From: Gnetum montanum
Taxonomy: Eukaryota > Plantae > Gnetophyta
Length of the DNA: 64,000 bases
Assembly (NCBI GenBank): GCA_015680685.1
Contig: MNCI01001500.1
Coordinates: 1-64,000 of the forward strand
Direction: 5' to 3'
The position numbers and the translations under genes were made by a program. Positions 26,950 to 39,953 of the stretch are shown here, one piece after another; within the stretch, counting starts at the first letter, position 1; the number at the start of each line of letters is the position of its first letter. The notes beneath the pieces were generated by a model. That model did not search any database and had not been told where the DNA came from. It saw only the letters and a program-made list of their open reading frames with translations.

Positions 26950-28930
26950 AGATCCCTTTTGGCAACTACATTGGAGCCACCCTGGGACTACACTAGCTAG
27001 CATGGCTCTAGCATGGCCTAGCATGGTTCCTAAAAAAATATGAGTACCTAGGTTTTTTATGGTTAGTTTTGGGGTTCTAATGGTCCAAATTGCTAGTTTA
27101 ATGGATTAGGAGTGAATATTTTCTAGCTTTTGTGTTAATTTGATCCTCTAGAAGGCACAAATGCTACCAAGAATTTCCAACTACACTAGGACAATGCTTG
27201 CTAGCATGGCCCCAACATAGCTCCATGGGAAAATGGGTTTCTAGCATTTAAATATTGGAATTTATGTCTTATCATCTTCCTAAGATGACACAAGAGCATT
27301 AGGGTTGCAAATCGATCATCTAAATGCCAAAATAGATTTCTAGATGTGAAATTTCAAACCATCCCCTTGCACTATGCTAGCTAGTGTAGTTGAGGATTCC
27401 CTTAGTGTGGATGGATAAAACTTGATGTATTTATGGTCAAAACATGATCAAACTATAGCTGGCTTTAGGGCTTCAATGTTCTAGGCTTTCCTAATTAGGT
27501 TTTAGACCAATTGAAGTACTATGATGCTAGCAAAAATATTCCAGAACCTCAACTACACTAAGGCCATGTTAGCTAGCATGTCTCTAGTCTTCTGCAATAT
27601 AGTTGCATCTAAATTTTCATTTTTGATAAGTTTTGATGCTAAATTAATCAAGTTCTCAAGTTCCTAGGGTCACTAATGCCCATGGCTAGGGTTTAGACAC
27701 AAAATTGTTAATTTTGATGATTATTCAAGTGTAGATATGGTCATCCCCCTAGACTACACTAGCCAATGTAGTCTCAGAATGGATGGGAGGAATATGATGT
27801 ATTTTAGCTATTTTCAACTCAGTTTCTAGGGTTTGGTGGTCTCTGATGGCTCCAGCAGAGATTTGGGGTTGGGATGGTACATCTAGGAGTCAATTTGACA
27901 TGTTTATGATCTATTTTTAAAGTTTTTCATGAGAACTACATTGCCTAGTGTAGTTAGGGGCTTTCCCAATGTAGTTTTGAGGTTGTAAGGTGTTTTGACT
28001 ATTTTTTATTTCATTGTTTTGTAGTTTAGGATTTTTAGAAACCCTAAAAAGGTGTGAAGGTTGGGATGTGTGACTTTCAAGATTACTTTTAGAATTTGGT
28101 TCTCAAACCTCAGCCAACTACATTAGGACTATGTTGGCCAACATAGTTGGAATGTCCACCATTATAGTTCCAATGTTAAAGTATATTTTGACCTACTTTT
28201 TCTTGGTTATTTAACATTTCAGGATGATCAAAGACTCTAGGCTGTATAAAGGTCATGATATGATACTTTGAAGGTTATTTAAGACTTTTAATAATCATAA
28301 GCCTACCAAATATGCTAGGTCTATGCTAGCCAACGTGGTTAAGATACCCCCCAATATGGTTCAACCAACATTTATGGTTTTTAGCACTTTTTGTTTGGTT
28401 TTAGAAAGTTCTAGAGCTACCAAAGGCTCTTAATAGGGTTTGAGATTTGGCATGGTCATTCCAAGGTTGATTGAAGGCTTCATTGGTGGTGTAAAGTACC
28501 ATCCCTCTTGGAACCATATTGGCTAGTGTAGTTGAGCTCTTGACCAATGTAGTTACCCAAAATAACTAATTTTGTCATGGGTTTCAACCTTCCTAGAAGT
28601 CTAGTGACTTCCAATGTCAACACTGGATTTCTAATTCTGGTATGAAGGGTTTTGACTTTAACATGTTCTGGATTGATGACTAGGAAGTAATATTTTGCAA
28701 TGATCAAGGCTTGGAATCCATTCCATGGAATTTTAGAGACTTAATCCCAACGTAGTTCTTGTATGAAGGTTTTAATCCTAGTGTATTAGGGTTTTTACTA
28801 GTTTATTTGGAAGGCATCTAGTGGGGCCCATTCATGTTTAAATTGTTAAAATAAATTAATTTTTCCACTAACCCATCATAGTTCCCATCTTCTAATTTTG
28901 AACATGGAGTTACGTTAGAGTAGTTTGGTG
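26950..28930. repeat. ~190-bp-period array of palindrome RACTAYRYTRGCYARYRTAGTY
   Basis: For example agactacactagccaatgtagtct (27751-27774). Further copies near 26985, 27195, 27370, 27562, 27933, 28125, 28320 and 28512. Confidence 0.85.
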
Positions 28931-29177
28931 TCTTGGAAATGGGGATTGGATTGAGAACATATAAATGTGGAAACAATTCCCATGTATCAATTTTACCAAA
29001 ATTCATTCTCATGTACCATTTCTAGAAGTAGTAAATAACACCAAAGCTATTTCATTAGTTCTACTTCAGATTTCATCTACTTGTAGCCTATCTTTACCAT
29101 TCTTCCCCTAAAGAACAACATAGTTGCAAGGGAGTTGGAGGAGGATTTGAAGAATTTTTACCATTTGTTGATCAAAG

Positions 29178-32100
29178 ATGTCTAAGAGGAGGATGAATAC
29201 AAGCAAGAATCCATCTTTTCAAGAGGTAGAAGCTATTACCAAAGGGCTTTCAAATCTGTCATGGCCTCTACTAAAAGAAGGATCCTCTAAAATGCCTACC
29301 AAGTACCCCCTCCTAGCGATTTCTTTACAATTTTTGGCCTAGAAATTAGGCATTTTATGTCATATAGGCTTGTTGTTTGAATAAATTTTTTTTTGTAAAA
29401 TTCCAACCCTGTATTTAGTTTATGGTTATGTTTTCATAGTGTTTTTTTTTTTTTTTTTTTTTTTTTTTTCCNTCCCTTAGGGCTTACCCATGCTAAGTTT
29501 TAAATTTTTTATCCAAGCCATTTTATGCATTTTCACCATTTTCTTCTTTAAAAAGTAGCATTAATTTTCAATTTTTTAATAAGAAATTGGAATGGAATTT
29601 TTTGTTTCTAGATCAATAGGATTGTTTTCTACTATTTACTAGTTGAACTAGTTATGAAATCACTGAATTCTAGTCTATAGTTAATTTTTTATGAATTTTT
29701 CCATGCGTTAGGGCATAGTGGAATTTTGGGTTTTTATTACTTTTACCTTGTTGAAACTAATAATGTTGGCACTAGAAAAATGTTTTTCTATCAACGTCCT
29801 AGCTTCCTAGGGATTCTTGGAACCATGTGGGAGGGTATGACACTTGTTTTGGAATTTTTGAAAAAACAATTTTGTATTTTTCTAGTGATCTAGTACAATC
29901 ATTTTTCTACAATTTGGGATTTTTGTAAGAGATTGAAGTGGTTTCGAGTTGTATGAATTTTCTTAAAGCCTCAAACTAGCATTAATGCCAAATTTTATAT
30001 ATGTGCAATGTTTATACTTCGAAAAAATGTTTTAGTAGAAAATTATCATTTTTTGGTTGGTGTTAACTACCATATACAATTGTAGTTTTAACTGTTGGAA
30101 CTACAAACCCCCTAAGTTTTATTAGCAATATTGGTCTATTTTTGGTATTTGTTAATGAATTATTTAGGATTCTACTAGTTATTTACATGTTATGTATTGA
30201 CTTCCAATATTTTTTTAGAATTTTTCAAAATTTTCAACTAGTCTCCCTAGAGTTTTTACTATAGCTAATTTCATTATAAATTAGGATTTCTACTTCAAAC
30301 TTTTTCAAATTCAATTTGAAATTTCATAGCTGTTGTTATGGGTTGTATTCTTGGTACAAGCTAATTCTCATGGTTTCAATTTTTTACTCAAATTTTTTGC
30401 AATTTTTATTTATGTTTTCACCATAAGATTGGCGTTAGTTTTAATGGGCAACTTGGTCTCTTTGTCTAATTTTTGGTTAAATTCTATTTTGGTTCTAAGT
30501 GTTGAACACTATGAATTTTGTTGTTTGGTTTAATGTGAAAATTTTGACATTATGTCTATAATTTTTTGGTTATTTAATGGTTATTAAAGTTTAGTTATGG
30601 TCATGCGAGGTCTTAATGGCCATTACTAGGTTATGCATGGCCTTCCCAAAATCCATCCTAGTAGTGATCAAGTTGGTCAGGCTCCTATGTTGCATCCACA
30701 CACCAAGGTCCAACATCCCACTTAGTAATATGATGTTGGATCAGGGCTCCCTTTAGTTTAGGCTTGGGGCCAAGGAGTTCCTAGCCTTCCTATTACAGAA
30801 CTTCAATGTGATGGTGTGGTCACACTTGGCTTTTGAAATAGCAGTTGCAATTATGCAAAGCTTACTATCCCACTCTGCTCACTTGATCATAAAGTTCTTA
30901 ATTAACAATCCTAATACTCATGTTGAGGGCAAATAATTTGATATCATATACACTAGGGGCACACATCAATTTTCCAAAGTCTATCCTTGAATTCATCTAG
31001 GGCAATGCCAACAACATGTTACTAGTTGGTCACCATGTCAACACATTGTTCCAGAACCTTCCTAGTACCATCTACTGTGTGGAAGGGTAAGTGTAACTTT
31101 AAGTTTTTTGTTTACTTTTTTGTTTCATTCGGCCACCTAGGTTTAATAATTTTTTTTGTGTTGGCATGCTTGCAGGTACTAGGTGAATGACCAAGGGTTG
31201 ATTAAGAGTAACTAGCTCTTGCCCTTAGCTCAAATAGCCTTGGAGGTCTTTTCCAAAAGCTTAGTAGTGAGGCTTGAAATGATGGAGTAGCTCAAGGGTG
31301 ACTTTGGCAAGTATTCCTCACACTATTCCTAGGCCTACCATAGGTGCTTGACCAATGAGATGGCTCATAGCTTGTGGGGTATCCTTGACTTAGGTGTATA
31401 GACATATATACCCCTTAGGGTTCCCATGTTGGCTTCTTCAAGCAAGTGAAGTAAGTATTTTTATTTCTATTTTGTTTTCTATTTCATCCAATTTTAAATT
31501 TTTCTAATCATGTAGTTATGTGGTTATTTACATATTAACTACTTAATTGTTTTATCGATGTGGTTATAAGTTTTTTTTTAATTTGTTATACTTGTTATAT
31601 TTTTGTCATTCATGGGGATACCTATGCCAAATCTAACGAGTTATTTTCATTGTGTTGTTAGGGCTATGCCATTATCTATCATAGCTATGATCACTTCAGG
31701 ATGTGCTTAGGAGACACTTTTCCTCATTTTTAATGAGGTGGATGTAGTGCAGCATTGGTTGGCTAGTTAAGCATACAAGGAAATTCAAGAAAGGATCACC
31801 ATTGTAGGTTTTATAGACTTGTAGATGGCTCCCATGTCAATTATTCCTACACCTAAGATGGTGAATGCCATTGACTCCTTTAACAAATAAGTGAAGAAAT
31901 TTTTCACTTGGGTTCATGGTGTGCCTATCACGTTGGGCCATCAATAAATATACCTTCAATGATCTCTTTGGCATCCCTTTTTAGGGAATGAAGGTTGCCA
32001 CCAACCTAGGGAAAGAGGTGGACAACTAGGAGGAGGTGGAAGAATGATTAAACACTTATCTTAGCCACTCACCAAGGATGCAAAATTTAACTAGGCTACT

Positions 32101-34300
32101 CATTTGGTTTCCAGGCTATTAGGGAAGATCCTGAAACTCTAGAAAAACCTTGGCACCAAATGCCACATACACTTTGCGTTTTTTGCAACGTATCTAAGGT
32201 GGTTTGTGAAGTTCTTAGTGGTGTAGAAGGTTGGATAATGGATAAGTCAAGTTCCATCCCAACTCTCTCAGTCTTGGGTAAAACATGTTTATCCAACCAT
32301 GCAAGCTCATAACCTACTAGAGGATGTTGGGAAATCACTACCTATTACCACTAATCATTTTAGTGGTATGTGTTGTCCTTCCCCTGACATCAAGGGGATG
32401 GAATCCTAAGTTGCATATGGAAATGTTTAAAAGTTCAAGGATTTATGTGCTAAAGCTAATGGGGTAGCTAGAATAAAACTAAAGAGTCCTATGGTTGAAA
32501 AGACAGCACTAGTTGTTAGGCATCCTAGGAAGAGAAGGCTCATTGTTAGACTTGGCTAGGTGCACCATGTGATTATAGGTATGCTCTACTTATGCTATTT
32601 TGTTTAAGTTATTTGGAAATTATGTTTTATGTTATATGTCCATGTTGTTTTTTTATTCTAGGAAAAATATGCTAAGAGGTTCTATGCTTTGTCTTTATTG
32701 TTCTTGTAGATAAACAACAAGAACTAGCGGCCCAAGTAGCAGCAACAAAGGCTAAATAAGGGTATCTAGAGGAGGAGGCATTACAATTACATGAGGATGA
32801 GTGGCTATCTAATTCCATATTGGATGACCTCAATGCTATATTTTATGATTCACAATTAGGTGAACCTCTCGTTATTATCCTAGATGAGCTTCCATGTACT
32901 TGTAAATTTTGTTGTATATGTTACATTTTGTAGTTTTATGTTTGAGCTTGATTAAATCATTATGCTATGATCATTCTTTTAGTAGCTTCTAAAACTCAAC
33001 CTAGTACTTTTGAGTCTATGTTTTTCATGAAACCATGGGTAGATGTTCTAGTCAAAATGGAGTTCATGTACAGGATGACCAAAGACATGATCAATCGATT
33101 ACAACAGATTGCTCCTAATGTTGGTAAGAACTTTAGCTTATTTTGCTTTTAATTGTTTATATTATTTATGTGTTTTTGTTTCATATGTATTATATAGATA
33201 TATGGTCTTAGTGGTTTGAAATTTTTCTTAGTTATTTTTATTATTTTTTATTTACATTGTTTTGTGTCTTTATGTTGGTTGTGTTACTTGCAGTGTCAAA
33301 GGTTGGATGGGATTCCAACCATGTCATTGAGATCAATGAAATTTCCAGTGGAACACTTGAAGTGAAAAATGTTCCACAAATTTTATATGAAAGTGCCACT
33401 AAATGTGCACTCTCATGTGCTAGAACCTTGTGGGAATGTCAATGTTCCAATGAGTTCCTATAGAACAAGTTGTAGCATTGGAGAGCAAAAAAAAAAAAGA
33501 AATAGCCTAAGAAGATTAGAGATCTCAAGGATTGTAAGGAGTTTGTGAAAGCCCAAGTGACTAATAGGGACTCCTTAAAAATAAAGATTAAATGAATGTG
33601 GTATTGGAATGCCATCCATGACAAAGTTGCACTTTCTAGAAGTAAGGGAAGTAGAAGCTTTAGATGGACTTGTTGGCTCGTAAGGCTAGGGAGTGGAGAG
33701 GCTATTTTACTTCGATCCTTGAATGGGGCCAAGCACAAAAGGACCACAAAAAAATATAACACTAAATGGGAGAGCTAGCTGAAGTGACTATAAGAGGAGT
33801 GGATCAAGAGGTGTAAGCTAGAGTTGTTCATGAAGGGAATTAATGCTAGAGATGCCTTCAAGTTGTTTGAAAGCTATCAGGTGATAGTTGATTCCCCAAC
33901 TCCTTAGGTCCCTACCACTTCCAGAGAGGTGACTACTACTACATTTTCATAGGATCCATCCACATGGACCAATGTTAATGAGAGCAACATCTTAACCAGT
34001 GTTAATCTTGGAAAAGTGCATTGGGCCCATAGAACTGAAGACAAAATTCTCCATTGTCTAGAGGTTGGTCTTCAGAACTTCCCTACAAAGGATACTGCTC
34101 TAGAATATTCCTAAGTTTGTTTTTTTTTTCTAATTAATTTCTTATATTTTATCTTGGTTCAATTTTTGGTTTGATTATGTTGGTTACTGATTAGATGTTT
34201 GTTGTTATGATTGGTATAGATACCAAGTGATAGTAGTAGTCTCGATGTTGATCACATTGGAGATACTCATATTGCCCCTTTAGTTGCATCTTAGTTCCAT
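29178..34300 (+). pseudogene. Antisense multi-exon accessory gene inside element B; tentative plant mobile domain (PMD)-like region plus C-terminal coiled coil
   Basis: TATAAA at ~28961 and ATG at 29178. Exon-like blocks separated by T-rich introns, mostly GT..AG: 29178-29302, ~30640-31086, 31176-31450, 31662-32578, 32710-32895, ~32986-33123, 33294-~34110 and 34220-~34293. Exon 4 reads IQERITIVGF...VNAIDSFNK*VKKF...INKYTFNDLFGIPF. The domain call is by eye only. Confidence 0.7.
29442..29469. repeat. Poly-T tract (28 nt) in intron 1 of the antisense gene
   Basis: Directly visible, with an ambiguous base at 29473. Confidence 0.95.
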
Positions 34301-36269
34301 CAGTTGGATCATGTATTTGGTTTATTTTTTTCATTAATTATGTTATGACTACTTCTAGTTAGTTTTTACTTGTAAGACAATTATTATTTTATGTTATTAC
34401 TACATAGTGTAGCTTTGGTTGTTGGACTTCTATTTATTTTTGTTGTTGTTGATTAAACTCTTGTCACATTATGTGACTATGGACGTTGGTTATGGATGTT
34501 TTGGATATCATATTTATTTATTATTTTTAAAATTTTTAATTTTTTTATACATTTTAGCATTTTTAGTTTTATGCATCTCATGTGTTTCATGTTTTGTTCA
34601 TGTTATGAGGCTACGTTAGGCTACAGTGGTTGAATCATGTAGTTATAAGGCAATACTCAACAAAGTTAAAATAAAAATTAACTAGGATAAAATGTAAACT
34701 AAAGTGTTAATGAAGATGAAACATAATAAATCATAAAAGGTGTTGTCAGTTTTAGACCATGACGAGCCTTTGTGTTTTACTAATTTTAGGCTATGGCAGG
34801 CCAAGACATTTTGCCAAGTTTAGACCATGGTGGGCCATTGTGTTTTGCTAGTTTTAGGCCTTAGCAGGCCTATATGTTAAAATAAAAATTTTTATAAGTT
34901 TTATATTTTAAAATATTTATAGATTTTTTGAGTTTTAAAATTTTTATGATACTTTCAGGTTTTACTTTTCAAAAATGATAGGGCATAAAAATGTAAAATG
35001 TAAATAAAAGTAAATTATAGGTTACATGCTAAATAAGGCTAAACCATGGTAAAATAAAGTAATGAAAAAATGATACATGCAAACAAATTTTAAATTATGA
35101 TAATAAAAAAAAGAGTAGGCCATATGGTTATGGTAATAGGCAAAGTGAATAGCAAACATATGTTCAATCATGCAAGTGTTTCCTAATCTTTAAAAGATTA
35201 GGAAAGTTGTAGGGTCTACATTATTTCTCATTTCTTTCACTAACCATGTCAAAAGGGGAGCTCTTCCCATGGTGCATTCATGGTTCCGTTATTGTCAGTT
35301 TCAGCATCTTCCACTCTATTGGGCCTCTAGACTTCATCATTGATAGTAGGAGTTTGTAACATCTAAAAATCTCAATTACTGGAAAACTAAAAATTTTAGT
35401 GAAATAGCTTTAACCCTAGATCCCAAGGACCTCCAAAAAATAAGCCTCAAGGTGCCCTAGATGGCTTATTAGATTACCCAAGGACTTAGAAAATGTAAAA
35501 TAGGGGTAGGAAAACAAGAAAAATGTAATACATATCTAGAAAATAAAAGCATGGAATAGGAAAAAAAATATGATCTAACTTGCACACAAAGAAAACTATA
35601 AAATTTATTTCAATAAAAATAATGAGGATCAAGAAATATGTACAAGGGGTGCATAAGGATGCAAGGAGGGGTTCACTTTGATGAGTGCTTAGAATCTATT
35701 GAAGTAGATAGCCTTGGATGCCACCATCATCTTCATGATTTGAATGCTCCACAACTCTTGAAACTATGAAACCTTGCTGTAATCCTCACAAAATTTGTAC
35801 CATTGGTGGTGCATGGGGTAAGATGTGTAGGGGTTTTGATCTACAAACAAGAGCCACACTAGGAATCTCAAAGCCCAAGTTGCTCAACATTGTTGCAAAA
35901 CCACACACAATCTGAAGGGGTAAAAGGGGTTACAATGGCTATGGGTTCCATGCTACAATTTTCTCTCAAAAGCCTTGTTCCTACAATTAATTTTTAAAGC
36001 TATGGGATTTAAAAATGATAGAACCTATAAATTCATGGAACCCTTTCAAGGTGCACAAGTTTGAATTATATAGGATGTATGGCCATGAATTTTGTTGCAA
36101 ATTTTCTACCTAATTGTTGACAAATTTCTATTATGTATAGGTGTTGCATGTGTCTATGTATGCTAAGTTTTGATACCTCCAAGGTACTAAAAGCATTTCA
36201 TTTACTAAAACCATTTTATGTATGGGAATTTTATCTATGTTGGGTCTTCCAATTACAATGCTTGGCCTG

Positions 36270-36535
36270 CAAGAGCCACATTGAGGTGTATGGGTAATAC
36301 TAGGATATAACACCCACGTTGGGGGGTATAACACCCACGTAGGAGCTATAGGAGCCAAGCTATACCCACACTAGAGCAATGCTAGATCCATGCTATAGTA
36401 ATGTTGGATCCATACTAGAGAAATGTTAGGGGTGCAATAGCCATGTTGGACCCATGCTAGAGTAATGCTAGGGGGTAGTAGTTATGCTAGGGGGATAATA
36501 GTTATACCTCCCTAATGCTAGGCATGGGTGATGTT
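36270..36535. repeat. Short tandem repeats in the LTR of C
   Basis: tataacacccacgt(t/a)gg twice and several atgctagag/atgctagggg units. Confidence 0.7.
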
Positions 36536-36836
36536 ACATATCCCCCCCACCACAGGGGTTTCTACCATAGCAAAGATTATACCCCCTACAAAACCCATCA
36601 AAATGCCAATTTTGATAGTCCAAAAGACATTTTTAACTCCTCTAAGTCCAAATATGGACATAATATAACTTTCTTCACTTATGGGTTGAGACTTTGACCA
36701 CTAATGAGGCATTTTTTTCATCCCCAAAAGATAAATTATGTTAAATTGCATTTCTTGGATTATAATCTTCACATTTTATAATGATGTTTTTAGCCTCAAA
36801 CTTCATGGGTTCAAGGTTACAATGCAAAAAGGCTAC

Positions 36837-38154
36837 TGTATTAACCTAAATCGTCGGTGTAAGGCTAGAAGGGAAACAGACACTGAGAGATCATCGGGTA
36901 TGCACAGCTAACCCTACCTTCACTTGAGGGCAAGCTATAAAAGGGAATGAAGGCAGAGTGTCTTGGATGGTCTGCACAAAAATCAACCAAGGACTTCCCT
37001 GAGCGTAAGCTACAACTAGCGTTGGGGTTATTGTAAACAAGATAAACAAGATGTAAACAGAATGAAAACAGTGACACAAAATGTAAACAGAGCGTACTGA
37101 ATTATAAATAAAGTGTAAAAAAAGCTATATTGTAAAAAAAATGTAAATATAACTGAACAATGTAAATGGAAGGCAATGAACTATATTGTATTGTTTAATA
37201 AAAAAGGTATGCACCGGTCAAAGTGTAGCTGCACGTGTGGATGGCAGTTCAAGCACTAAGCCTCGGGATGATGTCTAAAGTGATGTGATGAATGTGAGAA
37301 ATACTTGGATACTAATAGTTTGGTGTGCCAAGCACCAAAGGATTATAGGTTCTGTACTTTCTCAGAATTGCCAATGTCTCCAATTGCCCCCCAATTTTTT
37401 TTGCCTCCTAGTTTATGTGAATTGATAGGGTATTTATAGGGTTGGGCTAGGCTCAGGCACGAAATCTAAGAATGAAGTCAATGGCTATGAGATGAGAGGA
37501 AAGTAGATCTAGGGACATGTGTCCCATGGATAGTTGGCACGAGTTGGATGTGTGTTGGCAAGCTACATTCTTGACCAGTTACATTGCATTTTACAATTTA
37601 TGGGTTATTCAAGCCCATGAAAGTACATTTAATTTAGACCATGAGGGCTTGACATGCCCTCAAATGGGGATTTATAATGAAATGTACAACAAGAAAAATT
37701 TGACTGCTCGGCATGACTTGTAGTGTGACCTGTAGTATGACCTCCAAAACTTGCAATTTTCAGTTGAAATCTGGAATTTCTGAAGGCTGGGACCCATAGT
37801 TATCAATAGTGGACCCTGAGGATGACTTGCACCCTTGAAATCAAGTCATTTGGCTTAGTTTTGGGACTCTAAAAGTTGGTGACGCTGATCCTTACGCTGT
37901 GCAGCATCTAAAAAAGTGACCCCAGTGTACTTAGCCAAAACCAAATATTTTGAACCTGAAAATTTTGGTTCTAGATGCTGGAAGTTGGTGCAATCGCTTG
38001 TGAGCCCCAAGGGAACCTTGCTTGTTGAATCATGGGCCGTTAGGGGCTGTTTCGGAGGCCTCCAAGTTTGGTCACACTATACTCATGTTGGGCAGCAGCA
38101 TGACTTAGCTTGATTCTTGTCTAAAAGTGCTAGGCCAAAATTAGTGGTGTTTCA
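36837..38154 (-). repeat. 3' LTR of Y (1318 bp)
   Basis: Direct repeat of 43890-45349. About 12% mismatch in the first 200 bp counted by eye, mostly transitions. Confidence 0.95.
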
Positions 38155-38168
38155 TTGGCCCCTCTTTG
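38155..38168 (-). promoter_or_regulatory. Polypurine tract of Y
   Basis: The minus strand reads CAAAGAGGGGCCAA directly before the LTR TGAAACAC. Confidence 0.85.
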
Positions 38169-39324
38169 TTGACAACTAGAGGAATCTACCTAAGAGGCAT
38201 CGACAAAGAAATGCAAAACACCATGAGCAACAAAGCATCAAACATTAACTGTCGATCCTTAGGTGGGTGTCATCGCACCATTTTCAAAAGTACATGGGAT
38301 TGAGGGGATGTGGTTCAAGATGCAATGGATTGTAACTAAGGGTAGCTAGGAATTGATCAAGGGTGAAAATTGTTGTTGGAATTGTGAGAGAGGAATGCTC
38401 TCACATGAACAAGTTATGTCATTGGTCCTTGTCCAAGCCAGTGTTCAGTAGACTCAGAACCAAGACATAGGAGGTGTGTTCTTTGGAGAAACGGGACTCT
38501 TATAGAGTATTTGCGAGGCCCGTTGTAAACAGCCAAATCCATGTGATGATGTGTAACATGGTCTCTTTGAGACATGGTGTAACTTTTTTTCAAGACAATT
38601 ACCTTCTCGCCTGGGGCTTGTATGAGGATGGCCAATAGTCTTTTTTTTATGATGTCAACAAGGTCATGAAGACCTTTTCTGTGCATTTTTCTTTTTGACC
38701 TTTTTTTATTCTCTTTTTCTTTTCTTGTTTTCTTTTTTTTTTTGTCTTTTCCTTCTTATTTTATTGTTCTTTTTGAAAGAGCTTGCTTTTTGTGTTGTGC
38801 TTGTGTATGAGCACTTGCATTTTGCATCATGTACTAATTGTGTTTTGCGTTGCGACTGCTTAGGGAGTTATAGTGTGTAACAATGTATCAAGAGTTTTGA
38901 GGTGAGCAGAATCTATCAAGGGGATATAATTGGATAGGATAAGGGAGCATGATGGGGAATAGGGAATGTATCAGGAGTCAGGAATGTACTTATGAATGAA
39001 TTGATTAACCCAGTTGCGTGCGTCAGGAAAAATGTGATACCTTGTTGTCATGATGAAGTGCATCTATGCACAAATGCCTCAGAAGTGTCATCCTGCAAAC
39101 ACAACTCCAAGAAGACAAGAAAACCACAAATGAAACAGTCAGCTAAACACTTTAAATAAGGAGATGGATTCATTGCATGCAATTTTCAAAGCAAATAGAA
39201 TCTTGAACAGCATCAGTTTCATTAGGGCCCATGAGATGAATCATGCAACAAGTCTTTGTGGAACATGAACAGCTAATTGTAGCGACACATCTTTTCAAGT
39301 TTTTCCTAGTCATCGATGATGTCA

Positions 39325-39645
39325 CCAGTTTAGAGTCTTAGCAGACTGTTGTGGATTAGTTTCACGTCATAACACCTTGGACGGTGCCAGTTTAGCGTCA
39401 TTGCAGATGGTGCATTGCTTGTTTATAGTCATAGTGGACTGTGAAGAGGCAAACTAGTTTATAGTCTTAGTGGACTCTGGATACTAGTTTCATGTCATGG
39501 CAGATGGATGTAGCATTTTAGTGTCATACTGGATAGAGCTCTGTGGTATCAGTTTTAAGTCATGATCTAGGACTATTCTGTGGTATCAGTTTTAAGTCAT
39601 GATGCCAGGATTGTTCTGTGCCATTTTATAGTCATAGTGGACTAA
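39325..39645. repeat. Degenerate ~30-35-bp tandem array, about 10 copies, core AGTTTwrwGTCATrg
   Basis: Cores at ~39328, 39357, 39389, 39421, 39456, 39486, 39515, 39551, 39588 and 39623. Confidence 0.8.
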
Positions 39646-39953
39646 TGCTTACCTTGCTTGTGTAAAGTGTGATGCTGCATGCATGGTCATGTTACGTGCC
39701 TACGAGATCCTGCAAAAAATCAACTAGAAAAAAAACAACATCAAGCAATACCTACCGTACATAGAGTTAGAATGTATGAATGAAAGAATAGCAATGCAAA
39801 AAGTGATAGTTTTAGGCCGTTCTGGGCTATATGCTAGTTTAAGGCCTTTTCGGGCCATGTGTTTTTGTATTTTTATGTTTTTATATTTGATGTTTTTCAA
39901 AAGAAATGTGTAAACTAAGTTGACGAATGTGTAAACAAAGCAAAATTCGTGAT

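Larger units (their letters stand above)
19164..35354 (-). mobile_element. Tat/Ogre-like element B: end of gag-PR, ~9-kb intron with antisense gene, complete-domain pol and 3' LTR; 5' part displaced by insertion of C
   Basis: 3' LTR 19164-21390 (split by a solo LTR), degenerate PPT at 21391, pol 22492-25979. The gag-PR C-terminus DPTTFPNLLKIRKHLHD (35168-35218) matches Y (DPKPCTFPNPCPVRRQLHD) and A (FLDLLKIK*KIH). Confidence 0.85.

Noticed and set aside
29178-34300. Intron-containing gene as a host gene
   Set aside because: It is full of deamination-type stops, enclosed between the gag-PR and pol of one element, and positionally repeated in A and D.
36865-38113. Short ORFs in Y's LTRs and other 60-100-aa ORFs in AT-rich tracts
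   Set aside because: There are no recognisable domains, many use non-ATG starts, and ORFs of this length are expected by chance.
39325-39645. Repeat-spacer-like array as CRISPR
   Set aside because: The repeats are degenerate, the spacers are short and related to each other, there are no cas genes, and it lies inside a plant retrotransposon.
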